Positions 1 to 8,517 are shown, counted from the stretch's first letter. The stretch is 64,000 bases of DNA from Candidatus Melainabacteria bacterium 17Bon1m (GCA_032128875.1 JAVLKG010000003.1:728974-792973), one strand, 5' to 3'. Numbers and translations are program-made. Notes: generated by a model not told the origin, from the letters alone.

Positions 1-420
1 GCGGCTGAGAAAAAAGCAGCAAGAATAGAAGCAGAACGTATTGCAGCTGAGAAGGAAAAAGCAAGAGTAGAAGCAGAACGTGTTGCGGCTGAGAAGGAAA
101 AAGCAAGAGTAGAAGCAGAACGTATTGCAGCTGAAAAAGAAGCAGCAAGAGTAGAAGCAGAACGAGTTGCAGCTGAGAAGGAAGCAGCAAGAATAGAAGC
201 AGAACGTATTGCAGCTGAAAAAGAAGCAGCAAGAGTAGAAGCAGAACGTATTGCAGCTGAGAAAGAAAAAGCAAGAGTAGAAGCAGAACGTGTTGCGGCT
301 GAGAAAGAAGCAGCAAGAGTAGAAGCAGAACGCGTAGCAGCTGAGAAAGAAAAAGCAAGAGTAGAAGCAGAACGTATTGCAGCTGAAAAAGAAAAAGCAA
401 GAATAGAAGCAGAACGCATT
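1..420 (+). repeat. Coding tandem repeat, 10 x 42 bp (14 aa)
   Basis: Units start at 1, 43, 85, 127, 169, 211, 253, 295, 337 and 379. Consensus is GCAGCTGAGAAAGAAAAAGCAAGAGTAGAAGCAGAACGTATT, with mostly synonymous or conservative variation. Confidence 0.97.
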
Positions 421-471
421 GCAACCGATGCTAAGCCTTCAATTGCAGCTGATTCGAAACCGGATGCCTAA
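1..471 (+). CDS. 3' end of a gene truncated by the window edge, with a repetitive E/K/R/A-rich C-terminal tail; probably an efflux operon component
   Basis: Frame +1 is open from 1 to TAA at 469-471 and reads ([14 protein letters not shown])-type repeats then [16 protein letters not shown]. It stops 17 bp before the outer-membrane efflux gene. Confidence 0.75.
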   Translation, partial: AAEKKAARIEAERIAAEKEKARVEAERVAAEKEKARVEAERIAAEKEAARVEAERVAAEKEAARIEAERIAAEKEAARVEAERIAAEKEKARVEAERVAAEKEAARVEAERVAAEKEKARVEAERIAAEKEKARIEAERIATDAKPSIAADSKPDA

Positions 472-488
472 GGACTAGTCAGTTAACC

Positions 489-1955
489 ATGAGCGGAAAC
501 TGGAAAAAAATTGTTAGTTTGACACTCATAATTTTTATGGGAATCCCTCAGGCGCCTGCTTTTGCAAGATCGTTTTTTCATCCGATTGATCTGTTGCAGA
601 GAAAGCCGACATTCAACGTACCAAAAAAGTATGACACTCCGCAGCTAAAGGGCTCTGTTGAAGTTGATAGTGCGGCTTCCATTAGCTGGCGGCAATTTTT
701 TTCTGATCCTGATCTTGTCCATCTGATTGAAACAGCCCTGGCAAATAACCAAGAATTCAATCTTGCAATACAGGATATTGAAATTGCTGCCAATGAAGTG
801 AAAGAGAGACAAGCTGAGTATTTGCCTAAAGTCGGCCTGGGATTTGGCGCAAGTTACATTCATCCATCCGACAACACTCCGGAAGGAGTGTTGGATACGA
901 TTACTGCGAGACACTTTTTTAGTCAACCGGATTTTAACCTGAATCTAGGTCCTTCCCTGACTTGGGAAGTGGATATCTGGAAGAGATTGAGAAATGCTAA
1001 AGAGGCGGCCAGACTGCGTATGATGGCCCAATACGAGGTCCGAAATTTTCTCATTTCCAGACTCGTTACTGAAATAGCAATTAACTACTATGAATTAATG
1101 GCTCTGGATACGTCTCTGAAAATACTGGATGCAAACATTAGCATTCAGGAAGCGGCTTTCCTTAAAATGCAGACTTTGAAGCGTTTTGCTAAAGCGAACC
1201 AGTTAGGGGTCAATCGGTTTGAAGCCCAGTTAAACAAGACTAGAAGCCAGCGGTCTGAAACCAAGCAGAGTATCGTTGAAAAAGAGAACCGTCTGAAGTT
1301 CCTCACTGGTATCTATGACGAAGCGCCAATAGCGAGAAACTCTGACCAGTTTATGGCGATACCGGTGCATGAATTGCAAACGGGTGTGCCTGCTCAGCTT
1401 TTGCAAAACAGAGCCGATATTCGTCAGGCTGAAGCGGCGATTAAGGCGGCAAAGCTCGATTTAAAAAGTGTGAAGGCACAGCTCTACCCCAACCTGACGA
1501 TTAGGGCAGGTACTGGATGGTCGGGGTGGAACCCTCAGCTGCTGTTTAAGACTCCACAATCGCTTCTCTACAATGCGATGGGTGACTTCATGCTTCCATT
1601 AGTCAACCGAAGAGGAATACTTGCGCGAATAAGGATAGCCGATGCCCACCAGACCCAAGCTGTTTTGACTTATGAGCAGACTTTGCTAAAAGCCTACACT
1701 GACGTTCTTAATCAGGTGTCAAATATAAGAAACATGCAGGATGCTTTTGATACCAAAAAACGAGAAGTCGTATTGCTTGAGGAATCTATCGGTACGGCAA
1801 ACATGCTGTTTAAGTACGCCAAGGCGACTTACATCGAAGTGCTACTCGTCCAGGAAGAAAAATTGAATGCCGAAAAAGAACTGGTCGCAGTGAAAATGGA
1901 ATTGGTCGGGTCCAGAGTTAACCTCTACAGAGCACTTGGAGGCGGCTGGCGATAA
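489..1955 (+). CDS. Outer membrane efflux channel, TolC/NodT/OprM family
   Basis: Motifs WRQFFSDPDL..LIETALANN, WEVDIW, GVPAQLLQNRADIRQAE and C-terminal LYRALGGGW; N-terminal signal peptide. Confidence 0.93.
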   Translation: MSGNWKKIVSLTLIIFMGIPQAPAFARSFFHPIDLLQRKPTFNVPKKYDTPQLKGSVEVDSAASISWRQFFSDPDLVHLIETALANNQEFNLAIQDIEIAANEVKERQAEYLPKVGLGFGASYIHPSDNTPEGVLDTITARHFFSQPDFNLNLGPSLTWEVDIWKRLRNAKEAARLRMMAQYEVRNFLISRLVTEIAINYYELMALDTSLKILDANISIQEAAFLKMQTLKRFAKANQLGVNRFEAQLNKTRSQRSETKQSIVEKENRLKFLTGIYDEAPIARNSDQFMAIPVHELQTGVPAQLLQNRADIRQAEAAIKAAKLDLKSVKAQLYPNLTIRAGTGWSGWNPQLLFKTPQSLLYNAMGDFMLPLVNRRGILARIRIADAHQTQAVLTYEQTLLKAYTDVLNQVSNIRNMQDAFDTKKREVVLLEESIGTANMLFKYAKATYIEVLLVQEEKLNAEKELVAVKMELVGSRVNLYRALGGGWR

Positions 1956-2044
1956 AAAGCCTATGGTAAATGGTGAGCGGATGTAGGATTTACATGGTTT
2001 GCACTCAATGGTTCACAAAAGCGTCGATTTCGGGGGACTTTCAG

Positions 2045-2461
2045 ATGAGAATAAATCTTGCAGCAGTCATATCCCTTGCCGTTGTTTTCAGCGGGTCGCT
2101 CGCTCTGAGCAGTCAGTCTGTGGAAGCGAGAACAACGCGAAATAGTTCCCACGCAGTCGGTAACTACTTTGTCCCTGCGCCTCCGCCTTACACACCTTCA
2201 ATGGTCCCAGCGGCGTTGGGCATGACGTACGCTCAAGCGTTAACAGTGGATGCGGACGGCGCTGTCGTGAAGAAGCTAGTCGATCCATACAGCAAGTACA
2301 TCTTCTCGCACAATCAGGGCGACGTGCCGCAAGTGGTTCGACCCAATCCGTACCTAACCGCCAACCCGTCCGTTGAGGCGAGAATTCTAAAGCGCATCGA
2401 TTCCTTCGATTCTGAGATTTCGAGCACTGAAAAAGAAATCGGCAAATTGCTGGACCTTTGA
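2045..2461 (+). CDS. Hypothetical secreted protein
   Basis: ATG 2045 gives a signal-peptide-like N-terminus (MRINLAAVISLAVVFSGSLALSSQSVEA) followed by a proline-rich segment. Confidence 0.65.
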   Translation: MRINLAAVISLAVVFSGSLALSSQSVEARTTRNSSHAVGNYFVPAPPPYTPSMVPAALGMTYAQALTVDADGAVVKKLVDPYSKYIFSHNQGDVPQVVRPNPYLTANPSVEARILKRIDSFDSEISSTEKEIGKLLDL

Positions 2462-2494
2462 GGACAGCAATGGGTTTGCTTTTGTCGATTTGAA

Positions 2495-2785
2495 CTATGT
2501 AGCTTCTGCACCGCATACGGTGCAATTGATCTGCAACAGCTGAGGCATGTGCATGTGCGAAATCGTCTCTCTAGCTTTCACGCAGCTGCAGGATGCGACC
2601 CGCCTGGTGATGCGTCTGACACGCTTGGTGTTTTTCTTGCAATCGATGACCGCTGCGGTTATTAGAGAAAAACAGAGAATCGCTAATCCTGGGAGTTTGT
2701 ATTGATGGGGCGCAAATTGCAGGGCCATGAGCGATACGAAGAGTATTTCGTTACCTTGGTTGAACTTATTTTTGATGTACGTCAT
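2495..2785 (-). CDS. Hypothetical small membrane protein
   Basis: Two hydrophobic segments; 4-bp overlap with the upstream ORF (2782..3060) suggests translational coupling. Confidence 0.4.
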   Translation of the reverse strand: MTYIKNKFNQGNEILFVSLMALQFAPHQYKLPGLAILCFSLITAAVIDCKKNTKRVRRITRRVASCSCVKARETISHMHMPQLLQINCTVCGAEAT

Positions 2786-3060
2786 TGGTCGTCCTCCAGT
2801 ATTGGTGGGGGGCGGATACCTCGTTCGAGTTGCAAGAGAATCGCCTCAAGGCGATCTTGCTGTCCCGACAATTTGCTTATCTGAATGTCAAGCATAGCGG
2901 TGAATGTATCAACTGGCAAGGAGGTCGATTGTTTACAGGTTTTAATCTGGCTGTTGCTTGCCGCCCACAGGGCACTTTCGGCTTTGCCATAGGGTCGCTG
3001 CATCTTCGGCAAGATTAAATCGTTCAGTTCTACTTCCGACAGTGTTTGACTGTCTCTCAT
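2782..3060 (-). CDS. Hypothetical protein
   Basis: 92-aa ORF with a coiled-coil-like C-terminus; stop overlaps the next start. Confidence 0.4.
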   Translation of the reverse strand: MRDSQTLSEVELNDLILPKMQRPYGKAESALWAASNSQIKTCKQSTSLPVDTFTAMLDIQISKLSGQQDRLEAILLQLERGIRPPPILEDDQ

Positions 3061-3133
3061 GCCTGTGGTCGCTTTGCGACACCGTATATAGTGTCATTAG
3101 GCTTTTAGGAATGCTGGTGAATGAGTCGCCTTC

Positions 3134-3385
3134 TCATAGAGAGTCTCGTTTTTGCCAGTCCTTTCGCGACGCGTTTAACATGGCAACGAATCGATCCAGC
3201 CCGAGTTGTCCCTTCTCAGTCACCGAAAACGCGTATACACCTTCAGGTGCATCTTCTTTCTTCATCCAACCCCTGCTCGCTAGCTCGGACCAGAGGCGGT
3301 AATTGTCGCTGCCAGAAGAAGTTAAGGCCGCCGCGGGTTGCCCTTTCTGTACAATCGCCTCCAGTATAGAAAGGTCGCCGTGCAT
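3134..3385 (-). CDS. Hypothetical small protein, possibly winged-helix-like
   Basis: Likely ATG at 3385. ELASRGWM...YAFSVTEKG resembles a wHTH wing. Divergent from marR. Confidence 0.45.
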   Translation of the reverse strand: MHGDLSILEAIVQKGQPAAALTSSGSDNYRLWSELASRGWMKKEDAPEGVYAFSVTEKGQLGLDRFVAMLNASRKDWQKRDSL

Positions 3386-3425
3386 TCCAGAGTTCCCTGT
3401 CGTTGTCGCATCTATAAGGATGTGA

Positions 3426-3454
3426 TTGACAAGATGGCAATAGGTGTATATACT
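3426..3454 (+). promoter_or_regulatory. Sigma70 promoter of marR, likely leaderless
   Basis: TTGACA (3426-3431), 17 bp spacer, TATACT (3449-3454). ATG follows at 3461 with no Shine-Dalgarno. Confidence 0.8.
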
Positions 3455-3460
3455 CATATT
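3439..3460. promoter_or_regulatory. Putative MarR operator 1
   Basis: Imperfect palindrome AATAGGTGTATATACTCATATT overlapping the -10 box; near-copy at 3941-3962. Confidence 0.75.
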
Positions 3461-3925
3461 ATGAACAAGAAATCGTCAACTAACCTGGATGCCAAAGCGA
3501 GGGAAATAGCTTCGAGTTGCGCATGCTTCAAATTGCGAAAGGCATCGCGCGCTGTTACGCAGTACTACGATGCTGCGCTGGAAGAGTGTGGTATCAAGGC
3601 CACTCAACTCACATTGCTTGTGGTTTTGTCGCTTGCTGGTCCGGTTGCCGTAGGGACGCTGGCAGAGGAGCTTGTGATGGATAGGACAACTTTGACGAGA
3701 AACGTTGAGCTTCTTGTGCGTGACGGACTTGCGGAAGTTGTACCTGGAAAAGATAAGAGAATGAAATTACTTCAGAGCACCGAGAAAGGTCGAATTATCC
3801 TGTCGAAAGCCATTCCATTGTGGGAAGAGGCACAGAGCGGATTAGTTTCCCGACTGGGCAAGCAAAATTGGACGGACCTTTCTCAGAAGCTCGCCGCCAT
3901 TACGACAATGGCCGTAATGGGCTAG
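3461..3925 (+). CDS. MarR family transcriptional regulator
   Basis: CACFKLRKASRAVTQYYD and LAEELVMDRTTLTRNV..L..DGL....DKR (wHTH). Start moved to ATG 3461. Confidence 0.92.
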   Translation: MNKKSSTNLDAKAREIASSCACFKLRKASRAVTQYYDAALEECGIKATQLTLLVVLSLAGPVAVGTLAEELVMDRTTLTRNVELLVRDGLAEVVPGKDKRMKLLQSTEKGRIILSKAIPLWEEAQSGLVSRLGKQNWTDLSQKLAAITTMAVMG

Positions 3926-3935
3926 TTTTTTTTTT
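3897..3935 (+). terminator. Possible intrinsic terminator overlapping the marR 3' end
   Basis: Stem CCATTACG (3897-3904) / CGTAATGG (3913-3920), then T10 (3926-3935) after a 5-nt gap. Confidence 0.45.
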
Positions 3936-3940
3936 GCGAC

Positions 3941-3962
3941 AATAGGTGTATATGCACGTATT
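3941..3962. promoter_or_regulatory. Putative MarR operator 2
   Basis: AATAGGTGTATATGCACGTATT, near-palindromic and similar to operator 1, directly before RBS AAGGAGGAG. Confidence 0.75.
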
Positions 3963-3970
3963 AAGGAGGA

Positions 3971-5353
3971 GTGATGAGTCGAATCGAAGGAAATGGCGAT
4001 ACTCCCGACCAATCAATTAGACAATTTGCAGAGCACCCAACCGTTAGGCGATACCTATCGCAGATTGATCGAACCAACGAACCAATCACACCACTCGATA
4101 CCGATTGGCTTAGAGAGCTCTGCTTGAAACACGGTGCCGCCGATGTAGGATTCGTGCAGTTAGAGAGCACTGAGCTGGACTCTGAAAGGCTGAAGATTTT
4201 GGAATGTTGGCCATCGACCAAATCATTGATCAGCATTGTGGGGAGAATGAATCGAGATGACATCAGAAATCCGGCACGATCCTTAGCAAACAACGAGTTT
4301 CATCATTCTGGCGATGAGGTCAATGAAATAGCCAGGGATATCGTGCGCAGCCTTGAAGATAGAGGTTTGCGCGCCGTCAACGTAACTATGGGTTTCCCAA
4401 TGGAGATGCAGAAGTTTCCTGATCGGATCTGGCTCGTCGCTCACAAGCTTGTAGCTGTAGCCGCTGGCATGGGAAAGATGGGCATTCACCGCAATGTTAT
4501 ACATCCCAAATTTGGCAATTTCATTTTGCTAGGAACGATTCTCCTCGATGCGCCTCTGACGGCGTATTCAAAGCCATTGGATTACAATCCCTGCCTGAGC
4601 TGTAAGCTCTGCGTTGCAGCCTGTCCCGTTGGCGCAATCGGCGCAGATGGTCACTTCAACTTCTCTTCATGCTACACGCATAACTATCGAGAGTTCATGG
4701 GTGGTTTTCAGGACTGGGTTAACAGCATTGTCGAAAGCAGCACACCGGAGAATTTCAGCAAGAAGGTTACCGCTGCCGAAAATGCTTCAATGTGGCAAAG
4801 TCTTTCCTTTGGTGCCAATTACAAGGCCGCGTATTGCATGGCTGTTTGTCCTGCCGGCGAAGATGTTATCGGTCAATTTTTGGAGCATCGCCAGGAATTC
4901 GTAAAAGATGTTGTTAAGCCACTTCAAGAGAAGAAGGAAGTCATCTATGTCGTGCCCGGGTCCGATGCTGAACAATACGTGCAGAAGAGATTTCCGCACA
5001 AATCGGTGAAGCGTATTCACAACGGGCTTGTACCTCAAAGTATTGAGGGCTTTCTCAACGGATTGCGCCGAGTGTTTCAACCTTCTCAGGCAAAAGGTCT
5101 CGACGTCACATATCAGTTCAACTTTACCGGACAGGAGATGCGAGAGGCGACTGTCACAATAAGGAATCAGCGCGTCGATGTTACTTACGGTTCCGCAATG
5201 AAAGCCGATTTGATGGTCAACGCGGACAGTGCCGCTTGGTTGAAGTTCTTGTCCAATCGGAGTTATTTAGTCTGGGCGATGTTGACGGGTCAAATCAAAC
5301 TGAGGGGTTCACCTCAGCTACTGCTCAAATTCGGTAAGTGCTTTGTGACGTAA
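3971..5353 (+). CDS. QueG/reductive dehalogenase-like 4Fe-4S protein with C-terminal SCP2 (sterol carrier)-like domain
   Basis: GAADVGF and HKLVAVAAGMGKMG..R.VIHPKFG (cobalamin-binding QueG/RdhA-like region); CxxCxxCxxxCP and CMAVCP. The tail FQPSQAKGLDVTYQFNFTG...ADL...AMLTGQIKLRG is SCP2-like. Confidence 0.8.
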   Translation: MMSRIEGNGDTPDQSIRQFAEHPTVRRYLSQIDRTNEPITPLDTDWLRELCLKHGAADVGFVQLESTELDSERLKILECWPSTKSLISIVGRMNRDDIRNPARSLANNEFHHSGDEVNEIARDIVRSLEDRGLRAVNVTMGFPMEMQKFPDRIWLVAHKLVAVAAGMGKMGIHRNVIHPKFGNFILLGTILLDAPLTAYSKPLDYNPCLSCKLCVAACPVGAIGADGHFNFSSCYTHNYREFMGGFQDWVNSIVESSTPENFSKKVTAAENASMWQSLSFGANYKAAYCMAVCPAGEDVIGQFLEHRQEFVKDVVKPLQEKKEVIYVVPGSDAEQYVQKRFPHKSVKRIHNGLVPQSIEGFLNGLRRVFQPSQAKGLDVTYQFNFTGQEMREATVTIRNQRVDVTYGSAMKADLMVNADSAAWLKFLSNRSYLVWAMLTGQIKLRGSPQLLLKFGKCFVT

Positions 5354-5501
5354 TGCAGAAAAGTGCAAATCGGAACTTGCGGTTCTACCGCGATGCGGCG
5401 CCGCGATACACCGACGTCAATGTCATATCGCTTCTTGCGATTTCGAATCCATTCTGCATGAATGTCCGGCGACCACTTTGCCTGAAAGAGATCCGTCTGT
5501 G

Positions 5502-5696
5502 CATCGCTTCGAATTTCGCACGCTTTGATTGCTGCCGATACTGCATCAAATCCTTGAACAGAATTCGACGATGCCTTCCAACCATGTGAAACGGAATCTT
5601 CTTCTGATCAAGCAATCTGATCAAATATGGGCGCGAGACGTTGAGCAGATCCGCTGCTTCCTGAGTCGTCAATTCAGCGTTTATTGGTGTACGAAC
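5502..5696 (-). pseudogene. Remnant of excisionase-family (HTH_17) DNA-binding protein
   Basis: PINAELTTQEAADLLNVSRPYLIRLLDQKKIPFHMVGRHRRI is a clear excisionase-type HTH. It lacks a credible start and N-terminal half and runs into unrelated sequence. Confidence 0.75.
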
Positions 5697-5780
5697 TGAC
5701 GCGCGAAGGCCGCTGTTAGAATAGCCACCGTATTCGGTGGCAACGAGACTAAGTCGGCAACATGCCAACGTTCCTCGGCG

Positions 5781-5856
5781 TGGGTTGGGCAATGGGTTAG
5801 GCAAGCGCTGCGCTAGGCAATGCGCTAGGCGCTGCGTTAAGCATTGCGTTAGGCGC
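5781..5856 (+). repeat. Degenerate 12-bp tandem repeat, 6 copies
   Basis: TGGGTTGGGCAA, TGGGTTAGGCAA, (GCGC), TGCGCTAGGCAA, TGCGCTAGGCGC, TGCGTTAAGCAT, TGCGTTAGGCGC. Confidence 0.85.
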
Positions 5857-5990
5857 GGAAATCACCACAGGATTCTGCCGGCCTAGTGCAATAGAGGGCA
5901 AAAAGCCGGTCTTTTTTGCGGAGAGTTTCGTGATTCGTGCGAGTGCCAGGTAAGGCAAAGGGTGCGGCGTTTTGAAATAACTATCCCAAC

Positions 5991-6023
5991 AAAAAATCGG
6001 CTTCTCTTATGAGACCGCCGATT
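5991..6023 (-). terminator. Intrinsic terminator downstream of tRNA-fMet
   Basis: Minus strand reads AATCGGC-GGTCTCATAAGAGAA-GCCGATT followed by a T-run. Confidence 0.7.
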
Positions 6024-6037
6024 CGATATTGCCTAAT

Positions 6038-6114
<77 letters not shown>

Positions 6115-6285
6115 ATCTACGATCTTACCAAACCGCTCCGGGTAGAAGCAGCAATCAAGGTAATGACAATTTGAATGTTAACATAACTACCAGCAGGCTT
6201 GCTGAAGGCGGCATCGGCGCTGTACTTTGCTTATCGGGCGATACGAGCCCAAATTTTGGCGCGGAAAGGAAACGATTCTCACTTT

Positions 6286-6756
6286 ATGAAGGCAGTTTTG
6301 CAGCGAGTATCACGTGCAAGTGTGACGGTAGACGGAAAGGTCGTGGGCTCGGTCGACGGCGCTGGATACATGATTCTGTTGGGCGTTGAGCAGGGCGACA
6401 CCGAAGCGGACTCAGTCTATCTGGCAAAGAAGTCCACAGAACTGCGGATTTTCAACGATCAGGCGGGCAAGATGAACCTTTCACTGATGGATGTGGAGGG
6501 CGGCTGCCTTGTGGTTTCCCAATTCACACTAGCCGCTGATTGGAGAAAGGGGCGCCGGCCTGGGTTTTCGCGAGCGGCGGCACCGGCTGAAGGTGAGCGC
6601 TTGTACCTTCACTTTGTGGAACAGCTCAAGGGGCTGGGTGTTAAGCGAGTCGAAACCGGTATTTTTGGGGCGGACATGAAAGTGGAATTGGTCAATGACG
6701 GACCAGTAACGATGCTTTTGGAAAACCGTAGCGCGGAAGGCGCGCCGGTAGAGTAG
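6286..6756 (+). CDS. dtd: D-aminoacyl-tRNA deacylase
   Basis: [20 protein letters not shown] and [16 protein letters not shown] motifs; start ATG 6286. Confidence 0.97.
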   Translation: MKAVLQRVSRASVTVDGKVVGSVDGAGYMILLGVEQGDTEADSVYLAKKSTELRIFNDQAGKMNLSLMDVEGGCLVVSQFTLAADWRKGRRPGFSRAAAPAEGERLYLHFVEQLKGLGVKRVETGIFGADMKVELVNDGPVTMLLENRSAEGAPVE

Positions 6757-6833
6757 TTCCGGATCTTGTAGGGGCTTCGTATGGGGCTTCCTCTCAGGGT
6801 GGCACTCATGTCTTTTGTTCAGAGTAAATTTAA

Positions 6834-6859
6834 AAGGGCGCGTGCAACGCGCCCTCACG
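6834..6859 (-). repeat. REP-like palindrome, family A
   Basis: Reverse complement CGTGAGGGCGCGTTGCACGCGCCCTT matches the copies at 16933-17128; lies between convergent genes. Confidence 0.75.
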
Positions 6860-6898
6860 CTCAGCTGCCCAAGAAACGCGCCACGCGCCGCGACGATA

Positions 6899-7615
6899 TC
6901 AACTTATAAGGACGGCTTCCGGGTTTGTGGTTCGGTCCAGCAATTTACCCACATGCTGCCGTAAGCAGCGCTGAATTTTGTCCGGTGTTTCGTCAGCAGG
7001 AACGACGACAAATGGATACTCAGCCATCATTTGCTCGTACTCGAACATAATTTGGGACTGATAGAGCTTGAAGGATTGATATAGATCTGTAGACATTCCG
7101 ATGTCGCGCCCAGATTCGTAAAAGTCGAGACTTCCGCGCGTTGTAATGATTCGGCGTAAGAGCGGGTCCAGCGGCATTTTGAGGTAGAACACCAAATCAG
7201 GCTCAACTGCAAAACCATAGAGTTTTCGCACCCATTGAGGGTCTGCGCCGCGCACAACATCTCGAGCAAAGGCAGTGTAGTAGTAGCGATCGCAAATAAC
7301 CATCAGTCCGGCTTTGAGCGCGGGGACGATAATGCTATTCAGTCGATCAGCCAAGTCAGTCGCGTACAGGAGTGAAAAGGTAATGGTATTCAGCGCGTTT
7401 TTTGATTTTGCCTTCTCAATCACGTTGGATATCAATTCTGAAGACTTCCAGCCCGTGACCGTTACGCCGTAACCTTCCACCGCAAGCCAGTTCTTCAATA
7501 GCTCGGTTTGTGTCGAACGACCGACGCCATCAGTGCCTTCGATGACAATGAGTTTTCCTGGATAGTCGTGCTTTACACGCTCAGGCGGTTTGGGCGAATT
7601 GTTTTCGTTTTTCAT
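6899..7615 (-). CDS. Thymidylate kinase-like protein with degenerate P-loop (GTDGVGRST)
   Basis: GKLIVIEGTDGVGRSTQ, CDRYYYT and PDLVFYL show the TMK fold; the Walker A Lys is replaced by Arg. Confidence 0.88.
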   Translation of the reverse strand: MKNENNSPKPPERVKHDYPGKLIVIEGTDGVGRSTQTELLKNWLAVEGYGVTVTGWKSSELISNVIEKAKSKNALNTITFSLLYATDLADRLNSIIVPALKAGLMVICDRYYYTAFARDVVRGADPQWVRKLYGFAVEPDLVFYLKMPLDPLLRRIITTRGSLDFYESGRDIGMSTDLYQSFKLYQSQIMFEYEQMMAEYPFVVVPADETPDKIQRCLRQHVGKLLDRTTNPEAVLIS

Positions 7616-7654
7616 AGGACGCGCTTTACTCCCGCCTCTTAAATGCGCTTTAAC

Positions 7655-8317
7655 TTAGTTGCTGCTCTCGATGAGTTCGGTAACTTTTTTCCGAAACAGC
7701 ATTTGCTGCTCGTGAATTGTCTTGGTTGCAGGCATGACGTGAAATCCAAATTCGTCCACCATCTGATCGTACTCGTTGATGATATTGGTCTGGAAGATGC
7801 GAAATGATTCGCGCGGATCGGTGGAGATTCCCATATCCATGCCCGATTCATAAAATCCTGGCGTGCGCATGTTGTTGATGCGCCCCAGCGACACTTCGAC
7901 AGGTACTTGAAAGTAGAAGGCGCCATCAGGGCGGATGGAGAATCCGTAAAGGTTTCTCACCCATTCTTTGTCGACACCTCGTGCAACGTCGCGCGCGAAG
8001 GCTGTAAAACAGTAGCGATCCGCTAATACATACAGTCCGGCTTTGAGTGCCGGTATGATGATATTTTCCAAGCGGTCTGCGAAATCAGTCGCGTGCAAGA
8101 TACTGAAAGTGACTGGAATGAGAGTGTTTGAGCGCTTCGCTTGTTTGATTGTTTTAGAGATGAGATTGGAAGAATTCCACTCTGTAAAGATGACACTTTC
8201 GCCTTTTGATTCCAACCAGTTTCTTAAAAGGTCGAGCTGTGTCGACTTCCCAGAGCCGTCGACACCTTCCACAACGAAGAGTTTGCCCGGAAAGTCGTGT
8301 TTTTTGTAAAGGCGCAT
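7655..8317 (-). CDS. tmk: Thymidylate kinase-like protein with canonical P-loop
   Basis: GKLFVVEGVDGSGKSTQ, ADRY and RPD motifs. Confidence 0.85.
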   Translation of the reverse strand: MRLYKKHDFPGKLFVVEGVDGSGKSTQLDLLRNWLESKGESVIFTEWNSSNLISKTIKQAKRSNTLIPVTFSILHATDFADRLENIIIPALKAGLYVLADRYCFTAFARDVARGVDKEWVRNLYGFSIRPDGAFYFQVPVEVSLGRINNMRTPGFYESGMDMGISTDPRESFRIFQTNIINEYDQMVDEFGFHVMPATKTIHEQQMLFRKKVTELIESSN

Positions 8318-8517
8318 GTGTGATTAGGTTCCAACTAACCGCATGTAGCGGCTGTGTATCTAACTTTTGTGTAATTTCGTCTTCGGCAGCTTCGCCTCAA
8401 AGCTAGCTACAGCCAGCGTTTTGGCTTTCTTGTCCCGGACAGGTGGGCGATAACAACTCAGTATTATATAGTTTTTGAGTGCTACAGTAGTCCCTTCACT
8501 TATTGGCGAAGGTCAGT

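Noticed and set aside
1-420. Possible CRISPR array
   Set aside because: Units are contiguous with no unique spacers, stay in frame and vary at codon third positions; this is a coding repeat.
3926-3935. T10 homopolymer as a phase-variation tract
   Set aside because: It is intergenic and follows a hairpin, so a terminator U-tract explains it more simply.
3971-5353. Calling this gene queG or a respiratory rdhA
   Set aside because: It lacks QueG-specific motifs (true queG is at 49048) and has no Tat signal or adjacent rdhB-like anchor.
8451-8485. CIRCE (HrcA) element
   Set aside because: The right half GAGTGCTAC resembles CIRCE, but the left half is poor and the spacer is 17 bp rather than 9.
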